Below are positions 1 through 11,979 of a stretch of DNA of 64,000 bases, one piece after another. The notes under the pieces are model-generated. The model was not told the DNA's origin, searched no databases, and was given only the letters and a program-made list of their open reading frames with translations. This DNA comes from Geosiphon pyriformis uo1 (lineage: Eukaryota; Fungi; Glomeromycota): assembly GCA_016748015.1 (NCBI GenBank), contig JAAOMT010000295.1:744001-808000 (forward strand). The letters run 5' to 3'. Numbering within the stretch: position 1 is the first letter of the stretch; the number at the start of each line of letters is the position of its first letter. A program made the position numbers and the translations under genes.

Positions 1-1
1 T

Positions 2-235
2 GAATGCTTAGCAGTAGTCTGGAGTTGTGTTCACTTTGACACATATTTACAGTACTAACCCTTTGAGATTATGACAGATCATAGAGGTCTGGTCTGGTTA
101 AATAACAAGAAAGTGCTAAAAGGAAAATATGCCAGATGGTCACAAACGTTAGCACCATACGATTATATTATCAAATACAAAAAAGGTACCAAAAATGCTA
201 ATGCCGACTGTTTGTCAAGAATGAAACACACATAA
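2..235 (+). pseudogene. pol: Gypsy A pol C-terminus (RNase H)
   Basis: Frame 2 reads ECLAVVWSCVHF...TDHRGLVWL...RWSQTL...NANADCLSRMKHT*, with one internal TAA. Confidence 0.88.
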
Positions 236-264
236 AAATCACCAACCCACCCACCACAACAACA

Positions 265-1644
265 ATGAACAACTACCTTTACAAAAACCTCAACTAATAC
301 TTGGAAACACTACAAATAGACAAAAAAATGCCAGTAAAAGAGCTAATTAAGCTCCAAAAATTAGCAAAACACTATTTCATCTAAAATCACATACTTTATT
401 ACCGGAATCGACAAAATCCAGATAATTCATTAAGAGTTATAACCACGGATGAAAAAGAAACTATCTTATTTAACATGCACTCAGATATTCATTTAGGCCA
501 CTTTGGAAAAACAGCAACCATCCAACGTGCAACTAGCCGTTACTATTGGCCAAAAATGAGTTCAGACATAATCCAATACATAAAAAATTGTGACCCATGC
601 CAATGAAGAGAAGGAGCAAAAACAATGGAATTATTAAGACCAATAAAAGTTGGACAGCCATTTGACAGAATCGGAATTGATTTAGTTGGACTCTTACCAA
701 TAACAACAAAAAACAACTGTTATATTGCAGTAGTCATAGACTATCTCACCAAATGGCCAGAAGCTAGAGCTATTAAAACAGCTGATGCTATTTCCATAGC
801 TCAATTTGTACATGAAGACTTAATTTGCTGACATGGATGTCCACAAGAATTGCTATCAGATCAAGGCACACACTTCGTAAACAGCACCTTAAAAGAACTT
901 AGCCAAAAATTTGGAATCAAGCGACCACTATCATCACCATACCACCCTCAAACAAATGGATTAGTTGAAAGATTTAATCGCACATTATGCGAATTACTGG
1001 CGAAAATTAGTAACGAACATGAAAAAGAATGGGATTTGTTCATACCAGCAGTACTACTAGCATATAGAACAGTAAAACAAGATACTACACAATTCACACC
1101 ATTTGAACTAGTTTATGGAAGAAAAGCCACATTATCCATTGAACTTACTATCCCAACTTATCCAAGTGACACTATCATAGAAACAACATTTCAGGAAACA
1201 CTACTTAGAAGAACATACAAATTAATGGGAACTTTAGAAAACAAAAGAAGAAAAGCAGCACAAAATATTGAACAATCACAAGAACAACAAAAAGTGAGAC
1301 ATGATAACCAGTTACCAGATAATATAATTAGCTACAAAATTGGAGATAAAGTATTGTTGTATTGTACAAAAATGGAAAAACAGTGGAGTGGAAAATTTGA
1401 TCACAAGTGGGATGAACCATTTTATATTCATGAAATACTTGGAAATAGAGCATACAAGCTAAGACTAGATGATAAAATATTAAGAAAAGCAGCACATGGT
1501 AACCGGCTGAAATTCTATTACAGTAAACCAGTAATAATAACAAAAACACCCAGAATTGGAACACAATTACCTTTAATTCTACCAGAACAAATTCCACGAG
1601 ATTTAGAACCAATAGTTTTAATTGAACATTATTCGAAAAGATAA
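265..1644 (+). pseudogene. Gypsy A integrase (HHCC, DDE core, GPY/F-like tail, no chromodomain) with its own ATG
   Basis: MNNYLY...MHSDIHLGHFG...CDPCQ; ORFs 625-831 and 850-1644 (IGIDLVG, SDQGTHF, YHPQTNGLVERFN, KWDEPFYI); several stops consistent with CAA>TAA or CGA>TGA. Confidence 0.93.
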
Positions 1645-1728
1645 TTAATCTTAGATCACAGCAAAAATGATTTAACAACCATAAAAACGCATGCAAAAGA
1701 TTCCAAAATAACAGTCAAAATTAAAACA

Positions 1729-2398
1729 ATGATACTTATTCCAGAAAACATCAACAATATAACTCAACAATTCGTTGAAAGCTTACAACAATTAAAATTC
1801 CGATCTAGAAATCACAGTTAATAGCTCCAAAATAACATACATAAAAAGAACAATAGAAAATCCAAAAACAAGAAAAGAACATAATTTTGAACCATATAAT
1901 ATTGCCAAATATAACAACAAATTTATTAGCAAAGTTATTGAAAAATTAGAGATAGCATTGGGCAATACATTAATAATGGAAGAAATAGAAATAAGTGAAT
2001 TAACACCAGACACATTTAGCAACTTGAAAACGAAATTTCCAATTAATTACTGTTATTATCAACTAGGAAAGCACTTGAACATACAAACATTATACTCAAA
2101 AGACTCAACTAGAGTGTTTGACAAAACAACTATCCAACTATTAGAACCTTTCATTGGAAAAACCAACACTACATTCCATTCAAAAACAGTTTACAGAATT
2201 TTCAAAGCATTTGAAAACTGTCAAAAATTATTGTTGGACCCAACCATGAACATAATAACAACCAACAGTATTGGATGACTTACCAACTCGCAATTTCAAG
2301 AATTACAACAACAAATTAATAACACAGTATTGAACCACTATAGTAACTTAGAATTTAATAAAGAAATTAACTTCGATTTCGACGGAGCTCAATCTTGA
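1729..2398 (+). pseudogene. Gypsy A ORF3 (~220 aa, unknown function, env position)
   Basis: MILIPENINNITQQF..., one frameshift near 1800, ORF 1958-2278, ending ...FDGAQS*. Homologous by eye to ORF3 of B, C and D. Confidence 0.75.
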
Positions 2399-2408
2399 AA
2401 GGAGGGGA
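2397..2408 (+). promoter_or_regulatory. Polypurine tract of Gypsy A
   Basis: GAAAGGAGGGGA lies 3 nt before the LTR start TGTTAC. Confidence 0.85.
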
Positions 2409-2411
2409 TAA

Positions 2412-3277
2412 TGTTACGGTTTAAGAATTTAGCAAAAAGAATCATAAAAATAATACAAACTATTCAATCATAATATAGCACAGTAATAATCTTAGAAAGG
2501 TAATGATTAACATAGTAGCAAACATCATCTCGCGATAGTGGCAAGCACCAGTTCACAATAGCAGCCAACACCAACTGGTGATAGCAGCAAACACCAGGTT
2601 GAAATATCAAAAAGAAAGTATTTTCTCATAGAACTACAAACATGTATATATACAGTAGTTTTAATATTGAGAAATAAAAAATCAAGTAATAAAAATCATA
2701 ACTTATCAAGCAACAGATCCAATTTTATCCAACAAACTCCACTTTAAATCATACTTTCAAATTAAATATCCCAAGAAACCTTTAAAATCAAAAAGAAATG
2801 AAAAAGAATATTTAAAACGGAACTATCACAACCCAAAGTATTAAGAAACTTACTTGTATTATTTATTGAATGAAACTATCATTCATTAACTGAATCCCTT
2901 GGAAGAATAATCCTTGATCAAGATTATTCACGTTGTTACTAATTGATAAGAGCTTTATTGTGAGAATTAGAAAAGCGCTAAAGACCATTAACATTTTGTG
3001 TTTCTAGATTAGAGAAACACATCAGGCAATTGCAAGGATAGCCTCAGAGAAGACCCCAGACAGTGGGTAGATTTCAGTTCAGCCTCTGAGAAGGAGTACA
3101 TAAACACACACAACAATCAAGAATTAAAGAATAACTTATATCGCAACAGTAAAAAGAAAGCCTTCAGTGTAACAGTGACATTATCACACAAATAGAATTG
3201 AGGAACTCACGAAAGACTGATTGCAATTAAAGCGGGATATCAGCAATTAAATATAACAAGAAAACCATCCTGTAACA
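2412..3277 (+). repeat. 3' LTR of Gypsy A
   Basis: Starts TGTTAC after the PPT and ends GTAACA exactly where LINE ORF1 homology begins. Contains ~23-bp repeats at 2534-2605 and a TATA-like TATATATA at ~2645. Confidence 0.8.
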
Positions 3278-4710
3278 GCATATAGCCTGGCCAACTGAAA
3301 GCGACTCACAACAAAAACTGTTCTTTTAAAAGTTTTTAAAGATGAAAAGACCAAAACATTAGAAGCATCACATTTCAAAGCTAAGTAACTGAACCTCCCA
3401 TACTTCTTACACCAAACCAAATCCAATCTAGCCCAAGAGAATCTGATATTACCAAAAATTGACTTAGTACAAAACACAGATTCAAGCTCATTATCAGATT
3501 CAAAACCAATAATAGCACAGTAAGTTTGATTGCCAAATTTCAGTAAATAATTAATTATGCAAGTTTTTTCATCTGTCTTATTTAAAAGAGTGTCAAGATC
3601 ATGTGCAGTAGTTTCTATAGACAAAGTAAACAAAAGTATCCTAAAATAATTCCTAGACATTCAAGTATTCCAATCTCCCACAGCCATAGTTACACATACT
3701 GAATCTTTTTTGATAAGAAATGACCATCTAAATGCCAGTTGCACAGCCTGATCTAAATTGGCAAACTCCACTACAATCTTCTGTCACAGCCCAATAAGTT
3801 GTAATTAGATCAATATCACTTGACCAAATTCAGAAAAAACTATGACAATCATTTCTTTTGATATATCTATAAGAATTTTTTTGACAACCACTGTCTGATC
3901 TGAATGAACTCTCAGTTTTTTCACATTATTGTTTACAATAATCCTCTTATTTTTAGCCAATAATGCAGTTTTTTTCAAACTCTCTTCTGAAGTAAATGTA
4001 GATCAAATGATCTTTTCAAATTTTGAGAGAGTAGTGGCCCCCCAAAACCATTGACTACTGAAAACAATTTTCTAATTATCTGAGTTTTTGCCATTGTCAA
4101 TTTGTTTTCTACTACCAAAAGATTGATGTCCAAAGCAAATAACTTCTTAACAACAACATCTATCTGAGTTTTAATAATTTTTGGGTCAATTCATTTTCTA
4201 TCCAAAGATATTAGAAAGTGAAGAGGAAAAGAGACTTCTTTATTATCATCTATAATAAAATTGAGAGAACTAAGTAGAAAGCCAAAAACAGCATTAGTGT
4301 TGACTTGCTTTGCTTTGAGAATGTTAGCAGCTAAGTCTAACAGAGAGTTATTACTAATACCAGCCATGCTAACACTCTTATCATCCCCAAACAAACTATT
4401 AGCATCAGAATACATATTGTCACCAGATCTAGATTTGCTTAGAGAAATATCACTTTCATCACCAGAGTGTTTAATCTTTTCAAGCACAACTTTTTTTTTC
4501 TGTAAAAAAAAACCACCAGCAGGATCATAAAAAACACTCTTGGACACCTTCTTCTTAGACATGCTGCCACTTCAAGCAGCTTTCAAACCCATGACAAAAG
4601 AGTTGTTAAATAAAAAAATGTTGATATAGGCTAATAAAAAAAAAACAAAAAACTTTTTTTTTAGAAAAGCACTCTTTTGGGATTTTTTGGAAGTAAGAAA
4701 GAAAGAAGTT
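3278..4710 (-). mobile_element. LINE0: 5' UTR and degenerate ORF1 (ATG ~4592), interrupted by Gypsy A
   Basis: ORFs 4191-4562 and 3247-3660 align with LINE1 ORF1 (LFTLSIETTAHDL, CAIIGFES, decayed Zn knuckle WCKKYGRFSYLALKC). The 5' end is approximate. Confidence 0.8.
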
Positions 4711-5708
4711 TTTATTTAAAATATAAAAAACAACTTTATATAATATGTATTTAAATTTTTTTTATATATTTTAAAAAAAACAATATAATTTAAAAAACAA
4801 CAAATATTATTTTTGGGTTTATATACAAAAAAATATTTAATAATATGTTAAAACTTATAATAATTAGGAAAAAAAAAGAAAAATTTATCTTAAATTCAAT
4901 TAAAATTATATGGTTTTTTAATAAAATTATTAACTTAATTAAATTATTATATATTACAACTAAAAAAAATTAATATATTATAATAATTGTAAATTATATT
5001 ATAAAATAGCTTAAAAAAAACTATTTAAAAAACAAATATAAAATTAGTAGTAAATATTATTTATAAAAATATTATTTGCAAACATAAATACTTAATTAAA
5101 TTTTTATTTAATTAAAAAAACTTATTTTGTAAATAATTTAATACAAAAAATTTAAAAATAATTTAATATTAAAAAAAAAATTTTTTATTATATTATCTTC
5201 AAATAAATAAATATTTTAACAAAATATTTTGTAAATTATTAATCAAAATCTTAATTAATTTTAAATAAAAATAAGATTATTAAAATGAAATACAATAAAA
5301 TATATATTATTTAATTTAACTTATAAAAAAACAACAATATTACTAATTAGTTTTTTAATAAAAACATATCTAATTTAATTACAAAAAAAACTTTCGAAAA
5401 ACTTTTCAATAAAAATCTATATTTTTCTTAATATTTTTAAAAAAAAACAAATTCAAGTTTAATAAAAAAATAACATAATAACAAATTGTTATTTGTTATT
5501 AATAAATTTAAAATTGAAAATAAAGTTTATTTATACAAAATAACAATAAAGTGAAAAATTCAATTATAAATAAGACAAACTATTTTACATATATTAAGTT
5601 TTAAATAATAAATTATATAAGTTAAAACTTAATAATAAAATTTTAAAAAAGTTATACATAATAATAAACTAAAACATTATTATTTAAGAACTAATTTTAA
5701 ATCTTTAA
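4710..5708. other. Extremely AT-rich low-complexity spacer, probably a fully decayed TE relic
   Basis: Almost no G or C, A/T runs, no ORF. Confidence 0.6.
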
Positions 5709-5835
5709 TTTTTTTTTGCTTAACAAGTGAGATCCAAATACTACTTAGTATTATATACCAAAGAAATGATTTAAACTAAGCATAAATTATGCACTTTCTA
5801 TATATGACCAGCCACTTGGACCAATCAGAACAACA

Positions 5836-8800
5836 CTATGCAGCTATATAAACTGAAACCTAATCACTTATATCTGAAAAAAACAAACAAGATTTGCAAA
5901 AGCCAAACCGAATACCAAAAGCTTCAGTGACACCAAGCAATTTGACAATTCTAGCAGAAAACCTCAAAGCCAAACCAAAAACTGAGATGAGACCCAAACC
6001 ATCAAGTAGAATCAACCTGTTTTTTTCTATATAAGCTCAATGTTTAGCACAAATTGACCAAACATCTTCCCTAAAAGCCAGACCAAGAAAGTGTACAAAT
6101 TTAACAATCTTTAAAACAGTGACCTTGAGATTGTGGAAGATAGAAACAGCCTCATAAAACCACCCACTAAAAACAAAATCCTTACAAAGAGCTACAAATA
6201 CAGAGAGATTAGATATACAAGACAACAGCAGTTGCAATACATCTGAAAAAGAATGAGAGAAACTGGAGACTGCTTTCTAGAAATCCACATGAGATTCCAA
6301 CAACTGACATCGAACAGATTTATTGATCCTACAAGAAAACACATGATCCGACATCTCAATATTACCACAATATAAGCACAATACACTAGAATAAAGTTTA
6401 TTATAAAGGTGTTTCTGCACGGCAACAGGCAGTTAATAGTGCAAAGCTTTCATAAAATAGATGTGTGCATTAGCCAAGAGTCTGTTGGTAAAGCTGGTGG
6501 CTATGTGCAAGTCAGAATGCCACACCAAAAATGAACAAAGCCAATTAACCTCAGAAATCAAATTTCCTGCCAAAAATTTAGAACCAAAACTAATCTTCCA
6601 GTGAGCATGACAAACTAAACAATAAATATCACAGACAAAATGTCTGGAATTTCCAGAAACAACACTATTATTAGCCATTACAAAGTGTTCACTTAAGTGG
6701 AGAGAAAGATACCAACCAGAGAGAGAAGTAGCACCAGTAATTGCATTAGTGCACTCATTTCCCAAAATACCAGAGTGACTCCTTATCTTATGCCAGCTAA
6801 CTCCCAAATCCTTACTGCAAATAATATTGACAATATGACAATGTTTGACCCAACACTGATTATAAAAGTCGGGACACACCAGACCTAATTCCGATTTACA
6901 AGCATTCAAAGCAGATTGACTATCTGAAAACAATTGAACAGAGTTTGACAGGGGAACACACTTCAGAGCCAGTGCAATAGCTTACAACTCTGCCAAAGTA
7001 GATGACATTAAGCCTGACACACCAATGCCTAAACTCAAATCAACATTTTCAAAAAAAATGGCAGCTCCAGCCTTACAGCTGGTTATGCCCAAATTACTAA
7101 GAGACTTATCCATATACACCAACAAACTGCTGATACCAACCTGTGAGAGATGATCACAAACAGACACAAAATCATTAGATTCAAGAATGTTCAAAGAACC
7201 AACATCACCCGGAACCAAAGAATAAACAAAAGAGAAACTCACACCACCAAGAAACTCAACAGAAAGCTTGAACCACTCAGAAACAGAGCTGCAGGGGTCC
7301 AATCTTTTCCAACACTTGAAGGTGTACTAATCAAAAATAGCATCATGACAATCATGAAGTTGATCCACAAAGACAATATCATGCTGCTGAAGAGAGGGAA
7401 GAAATCTATAAAATCTTGACTTGTCCAAAACAGCAGACATTGAAACCCTACTGTGAAACTAAAAGAAATTGGCCAAAAAGCCACCCAGAGACAAATTGCA
7501 ATCAAAAAAAACATTAATCATGCCCACCAGAAAGTTATCAGAAGCACTAACACAAATACAAACAGGAAAGCTCAATGGATGAACAGAGTACCAACACAAA
7601 ATTTGCAAATTATGAGATCTGTGAGAAAACAAGCAACCCAAGACACCACCAGAGTTTGCAAAACTAACAAGAGAAGCAATCTTACTCTCAGACTGAACTT
7701 GAAAGAAAGATTTCAAATCATAAAAGGATAGATGATGAATTGTATCACCAGGAAAATCATGTGGTAGACCAGATTTAAGCTTCAAGCTCTTACAAATCAG
7801 AACATCTCACTTGTTATACACACCAACAAAAATAAAGCTAAACTGCATTCTATAGCTAACTATAGAATGGAGAACTGTCAATACCAAATACAAAAGCTGC
7901 TTATCTGAGACAGTCTTCTTCAAAACCAAATTGGTGAAAAAACAAATGTCCAAATTTGTCTTAGCCAAACTAGGCTTTAAGAAACTCTTTGTTGAAAGAA
8001 AAATACTCAAATACCAATGAGATTCACTCTTTTTGGCAATAGAGATAGGTGAGCCACTAATAGAAAAAGAAAAATTGCTGACCCTACTATTGATGGGAAT
8101 AGCCACCATCTTGTCATTATTGATAGAAATGTCATTTATCCAAAAAAATTCACTAGCAACATTAAGAATATGTTGAGTAGCAGTCTGACTACTACCAACC
8201 CAAATTGTATTGTCAACAAAAACATCAGTAACAAAAAAGAAGAAAGTCCAATCCAAGATTTAGTGTAACTACACTTGGAAATAAAATGAGAATTCAACCT
8301 ATACCCATACATACATTCCTGATGCTTGACTTCACACAGTAAAGAATCATAAAATATGTACTACAGGAGGGGAGAAAATACCTCTTCTTAGTTCAGATTA
8401 TTGTGCACATAATAACTATCTGTCAAACCAAAATCTGTCATAACTCTGTTGGTGTGATCTCTATAAATATTACCAAAAAATCAAATGAACCTGCTGCACA
8501 TTTTGATCCTGACCAAACTCTTCTCAAGATGCTTCCAACTAACTAAATCATATGCTTTTCGCATGTCCTGCAAAACTAGCCAGAGCTTTTGCTTCTTTTC
8601 CAAAGCATCCTCAATAACTGAACCAATAGTAAAAATGGGAGACTAAGTTGATGTACCCTTCAAAACCAAAAAATTGTCTCCACGAAGAACATCAAAAGTG
8701 CTGCAAGCCAAAAAAATCTTGTTAGAGAGAATCTTGGAAAGAATCTTATAAGCCATTTCAATCAAAGCAATAGGATGGGTATTTGTTAAAACACCTTTCC

Positions 8801-10169
8801 ACTCATATGGTTTAGAAATCATTGAAACCCAAGCCTCTTTCCAAGAGCTGGGTACTAATTCACCAGACAAACAGGAATTCAAAAGCACCAAAAGCATATC
8901 CAAGACTGTCTTATTACAATGCTTCTAAAGCTTATTCAACACATCTAAGAGACCAGCAGCTTTGCCATTAGACAAATTAGAAACCATTCCAACCAACTTA
9001 TCAAATTCAATCAAATGCATGACATCAGAAAAAGCCTTATCAAAAACATACTCCAATAGTCAATATTGGTAATGTTAGTCACCAGAGATACCATCTACTG
9101 CTTTGCGCTTTCTAGTTCAACCTTTTATGATCACATCTACCTTAGACTTAACCAAATCAGATTCCAGAATCAGTTCATCATTAACTACCAGATGATTAAG
9201 TGCCACTTTGCGAAAGAGACATTCTAGTATACTCTTGATCATATAATCCTTATCAATCTTAAAGCTTTCTATTCTCTTATCAATAGCTGACTTGATGTTT
9301 GCCTTCTTAGCCCTTAGAGATTCAGTGAGCTTGGCAGTGCAATAAGATCTTTTAGAACCAGAAAGAACAGAACAGATATAATCAAAGTTAGCATCAGAGT
9401 CCATAATATTCTGAATGACTAAAGTCTTAACATTGTCCAAAGAGACTCAACATCTTACAAGAGAATCAAAATTCACAATACTCTCCTCATGTGAGACCCT
9501 GACAATCCTAGAAACCAAGAGCTCTAACTTGTGAAATCTTGAAGATTTCTTGGTAAAGATATCATCAAAGCCCTTGAACCACTTCTTCTTAAACACCTCA
9601 TTAGCCGAGAGAACCATTATTTTGCAAACAGCATCCCACATTGCATCCAAATCTGAGAACCTTGTGAAGATAGCAAACTCATTTGAGAACATCACAGTAT
9701 TGGCCAATATGGCACTCTTAAAAACATTTTATTTAGTCTTATCAGCATCCTTGAACTCAAACTTCCATCTATCTCTATTTGCTTGCTTACAAAGAGAATT
9801 TAACCACACATCTAAAAGTCCACCCAAACCAACAAACACAGAAACAGTCTAATGATCAGTATCAAAAAATTCCTCAACATTAAACACTTCTTGATTCACC
9901 ACAACATTGACTAAGTTCGAAGAAATGAACAAGAAATTAATAGTCTTAGCCACATCCTAAGAGTTTGCCCATGTGAGCATTTTGACATAAGAACTTTCAC
10001 TCAAGGAATTGACCAAACTAAGATCTAGACACTTTTTGAAACTAACACACTTTCAGGAGCCATTCTCATTGAAGTTACCACCCAAAACAACAAACAAGGA
10101 CTCATTGACTGCCTTTGCAATTATGAAATTAATATCATTAGCCTAAAAGAAACAAACAGCCAGGGACAC
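5836..10169 (-). pseudogene. LINE1 ORF2, 3' part: APE C-terminus, RT (FVDNTIWV from FVDD), RNase H, C-terminal Zn finger
   Basis: ORFs 8643-8903 (WKEAWVSMISKP..THPIALIE), 7807-8256, 6982-7302 (VYMDKS..STLAEL) and 6433-6933 (SDSQSAL..HSGILGNE). Confidence 0.9.
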
Positions 10170-11155
10170 TGTTACTGGAGGTTTTTGGTCTCTTTTCTGT
10201 AATGTTGTTGATGTCTGTTTGCTGTGAATTCACGTTTTTTGGATGTGGTTGAATCTCCAGTAACTGAATTTATCTTCAAATTATCTCTTATAATTTGAAC
10301 TGCTGGGCTTATAAGTGGAATGGCCAATTCTTTGCCAGTTACTTTATGTAGTTACATTGTAGTAAACGTCAACTCTTTCCCAAGAATTGCTCATCTGGAA
10401 GCTCACTAAAAATGTGTAGTTACTTTGCTGTGAAAGTCAACTCTTCTACAAGAATCTTGTCTATAGGCTACCTTGATGATTGTAATAAGAAAAGAAAAGA
10501 AAAATAAAAGAAGTGTAAAAAGAAAAAAAAAATGTTTTATGGAAGTTGTTTCAGATTCAGGCCTGGAAGCATTTTAACAGTTTACTGAAATTGGTAGCTA
10601 GTCAATTTCAAACTGTTTAGTAGAAATTGGTTAATTTCAAGAGAAATAATTAAGAATTTGATTTTTCGAATTATTTGATATTTATTTTGTTTCTGTGTGT
10701 AAAGGATGATTCTAATTGATAATCTCAGGTAAGATAAGATATATTTTTTCGAAAAGAGAAGCTCTTCTTTTATATAATTTGTTGTAACATTATTCTATGA
10801 ACTTGAACTTTGCTATTTTCTACAATTTTGCTGAACTAAAGATACATTTTGGCAAATTACAAGTTATTTCTGCGAACTATTAGATATTTCGGTAAACTAT
10901 CAATTATTTCGGCAAATTTTTACAAATTTCGGTGAACTTTTTGAATGTTACATAGTTCAGGGTATTGCATGATTAATCATTGCAATTAGGTTATATTTGT
11001 GTTATGTACAAATTAGGTTATTAATTAAATGATAATTTCAGATATTTTGCTAATATAATAAGTGATAATTTGAAACAATAATATATGCTAATTAATGATA
11101 GAAATTATAAAGATAATTTCATGCTAAATAATATCTCTAATTTTGTCTGGTAATA
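10170..11155 (-). repeat. 3' LTR of Gypsy B
   Basis: Direct repeat of 19064-20049 with TGTTAC/GTAATA termini. PPT GAGAAGGAGG is adjacent at ~11159-11168. Confidence 0.95.
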
Positions 11156-11843
11156 TAACCTCCTTCTCAAGACTGAGCTCTGTCGAAGTCCAAGTACTGT
11201 CTGTAATTTCCAGATAATAATCCAAAATTATTGAAGAAATTTGGTCTGAAAATTGTTGAAATTTCAGTTCTGTGAGTTTTCCAATGTATTGAATCTTCAA
11301 AGGTTGTAAAATTGGGTTTTGTAGAATGTTTTCACAGGTATAGAATAGGTCATAAAGTCTAAAAGCAGCTCTTAGTTTATAGTGACTGTTTGTAAGTCCA
11401 GCTGTTGTCTTGAATTCATTGTGAATTTGTTTCTGAATAGCTTTTTTTGTGAGGTTTGCTGCTGTAAGTTCCTATTTTCATTCATGAAGTGTTTTTCCAA
11501 TGTAAAAATATCTATATATTGGAGTATAGTCATGGTTTTTTTCATTAAGACACAGTTGAAGTTTTTGTTGAATAGTAGCATTTGGTGGAATACTAATAGG
11601 GATGAGCAATAAGTTTTCTCTTAAAGCAAGCTTTAAAAGTTCTGGTAGATGAATTCCAGAATAACTTCTTGTGTTCTTTTTATAGGGGTGATACTTTCGT
11701 GAATTTGGGGCTAGATTTGTGACTATTTCTGTTTGGGTATAATTAATATGTTTTCCAGTAATAGTAATGGATAATTTAGGCATTGTTTTTAAAGCTAACA
11801 TTAATTTTTGAGATAACTGTTGAATATTTTGAGGGATAGTCAT
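11124..11843 (-). pseudogene. Gypsy B ORF3 (~240 aa), reads through the PPT into the LTR
   Basis: MTIPQNIQQLSQKL...PIYRYFYIGKTL...AAFRLYDLF...IGKLTELKFQQF; two internal stops. Confidence 0.75.
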
Positions 11844-11979
11844 TATAATGAAATTAAAAATAAATTGAAATTATTTTTGGTATGTGGGTTTTTATGTTAT
11901 TTTTGTTTTTTAGCATGCTTTGTTTTGTTTTTGTTGTGAAATTGTTTCTAAATTATAAGGGAATAACTATAGTAAAATT

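Larger units (their letters stand above)
1..3277 (+). mobile_element. Ty3/Gypsy LTR retrotransposon family A, 3' half (RNase H end, integrase, ORF3, PPT, 3' LTR); 5' part is outside the window; inserted into LINE0 ORF1
   Basis: RNase H motifs (ECLAVVW, TDHRGL, NADCLSR), rve integrase, polypurine tract, and LTR TGTTAC...GTAACA. LINE ORF1 (..FQLARLYA, minus strand) resumes at 3278. Confidence 0.93.

Noticed and set aside
1500-1644. Chromodomain at the integrase C-terminus
   Set aside because: The tail is a short Pro-rich segment (..DLEPIVLIE) without the aromatic-cage Y.VKW motif.
3168-3174. TGTAACA as the end of the A LTR
   Set aside because: LINE0 ORF1 homology begins only after the second TGTAACA at 3271-3277.
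10820-10945. CRISPR-like arrays (also at 26085-26215 and 32885-33020)
   Set aside because: These are short tandem units inside LTRs, with no unique 25-40 nt spacers and no cas genes, in a eukaryotic context.
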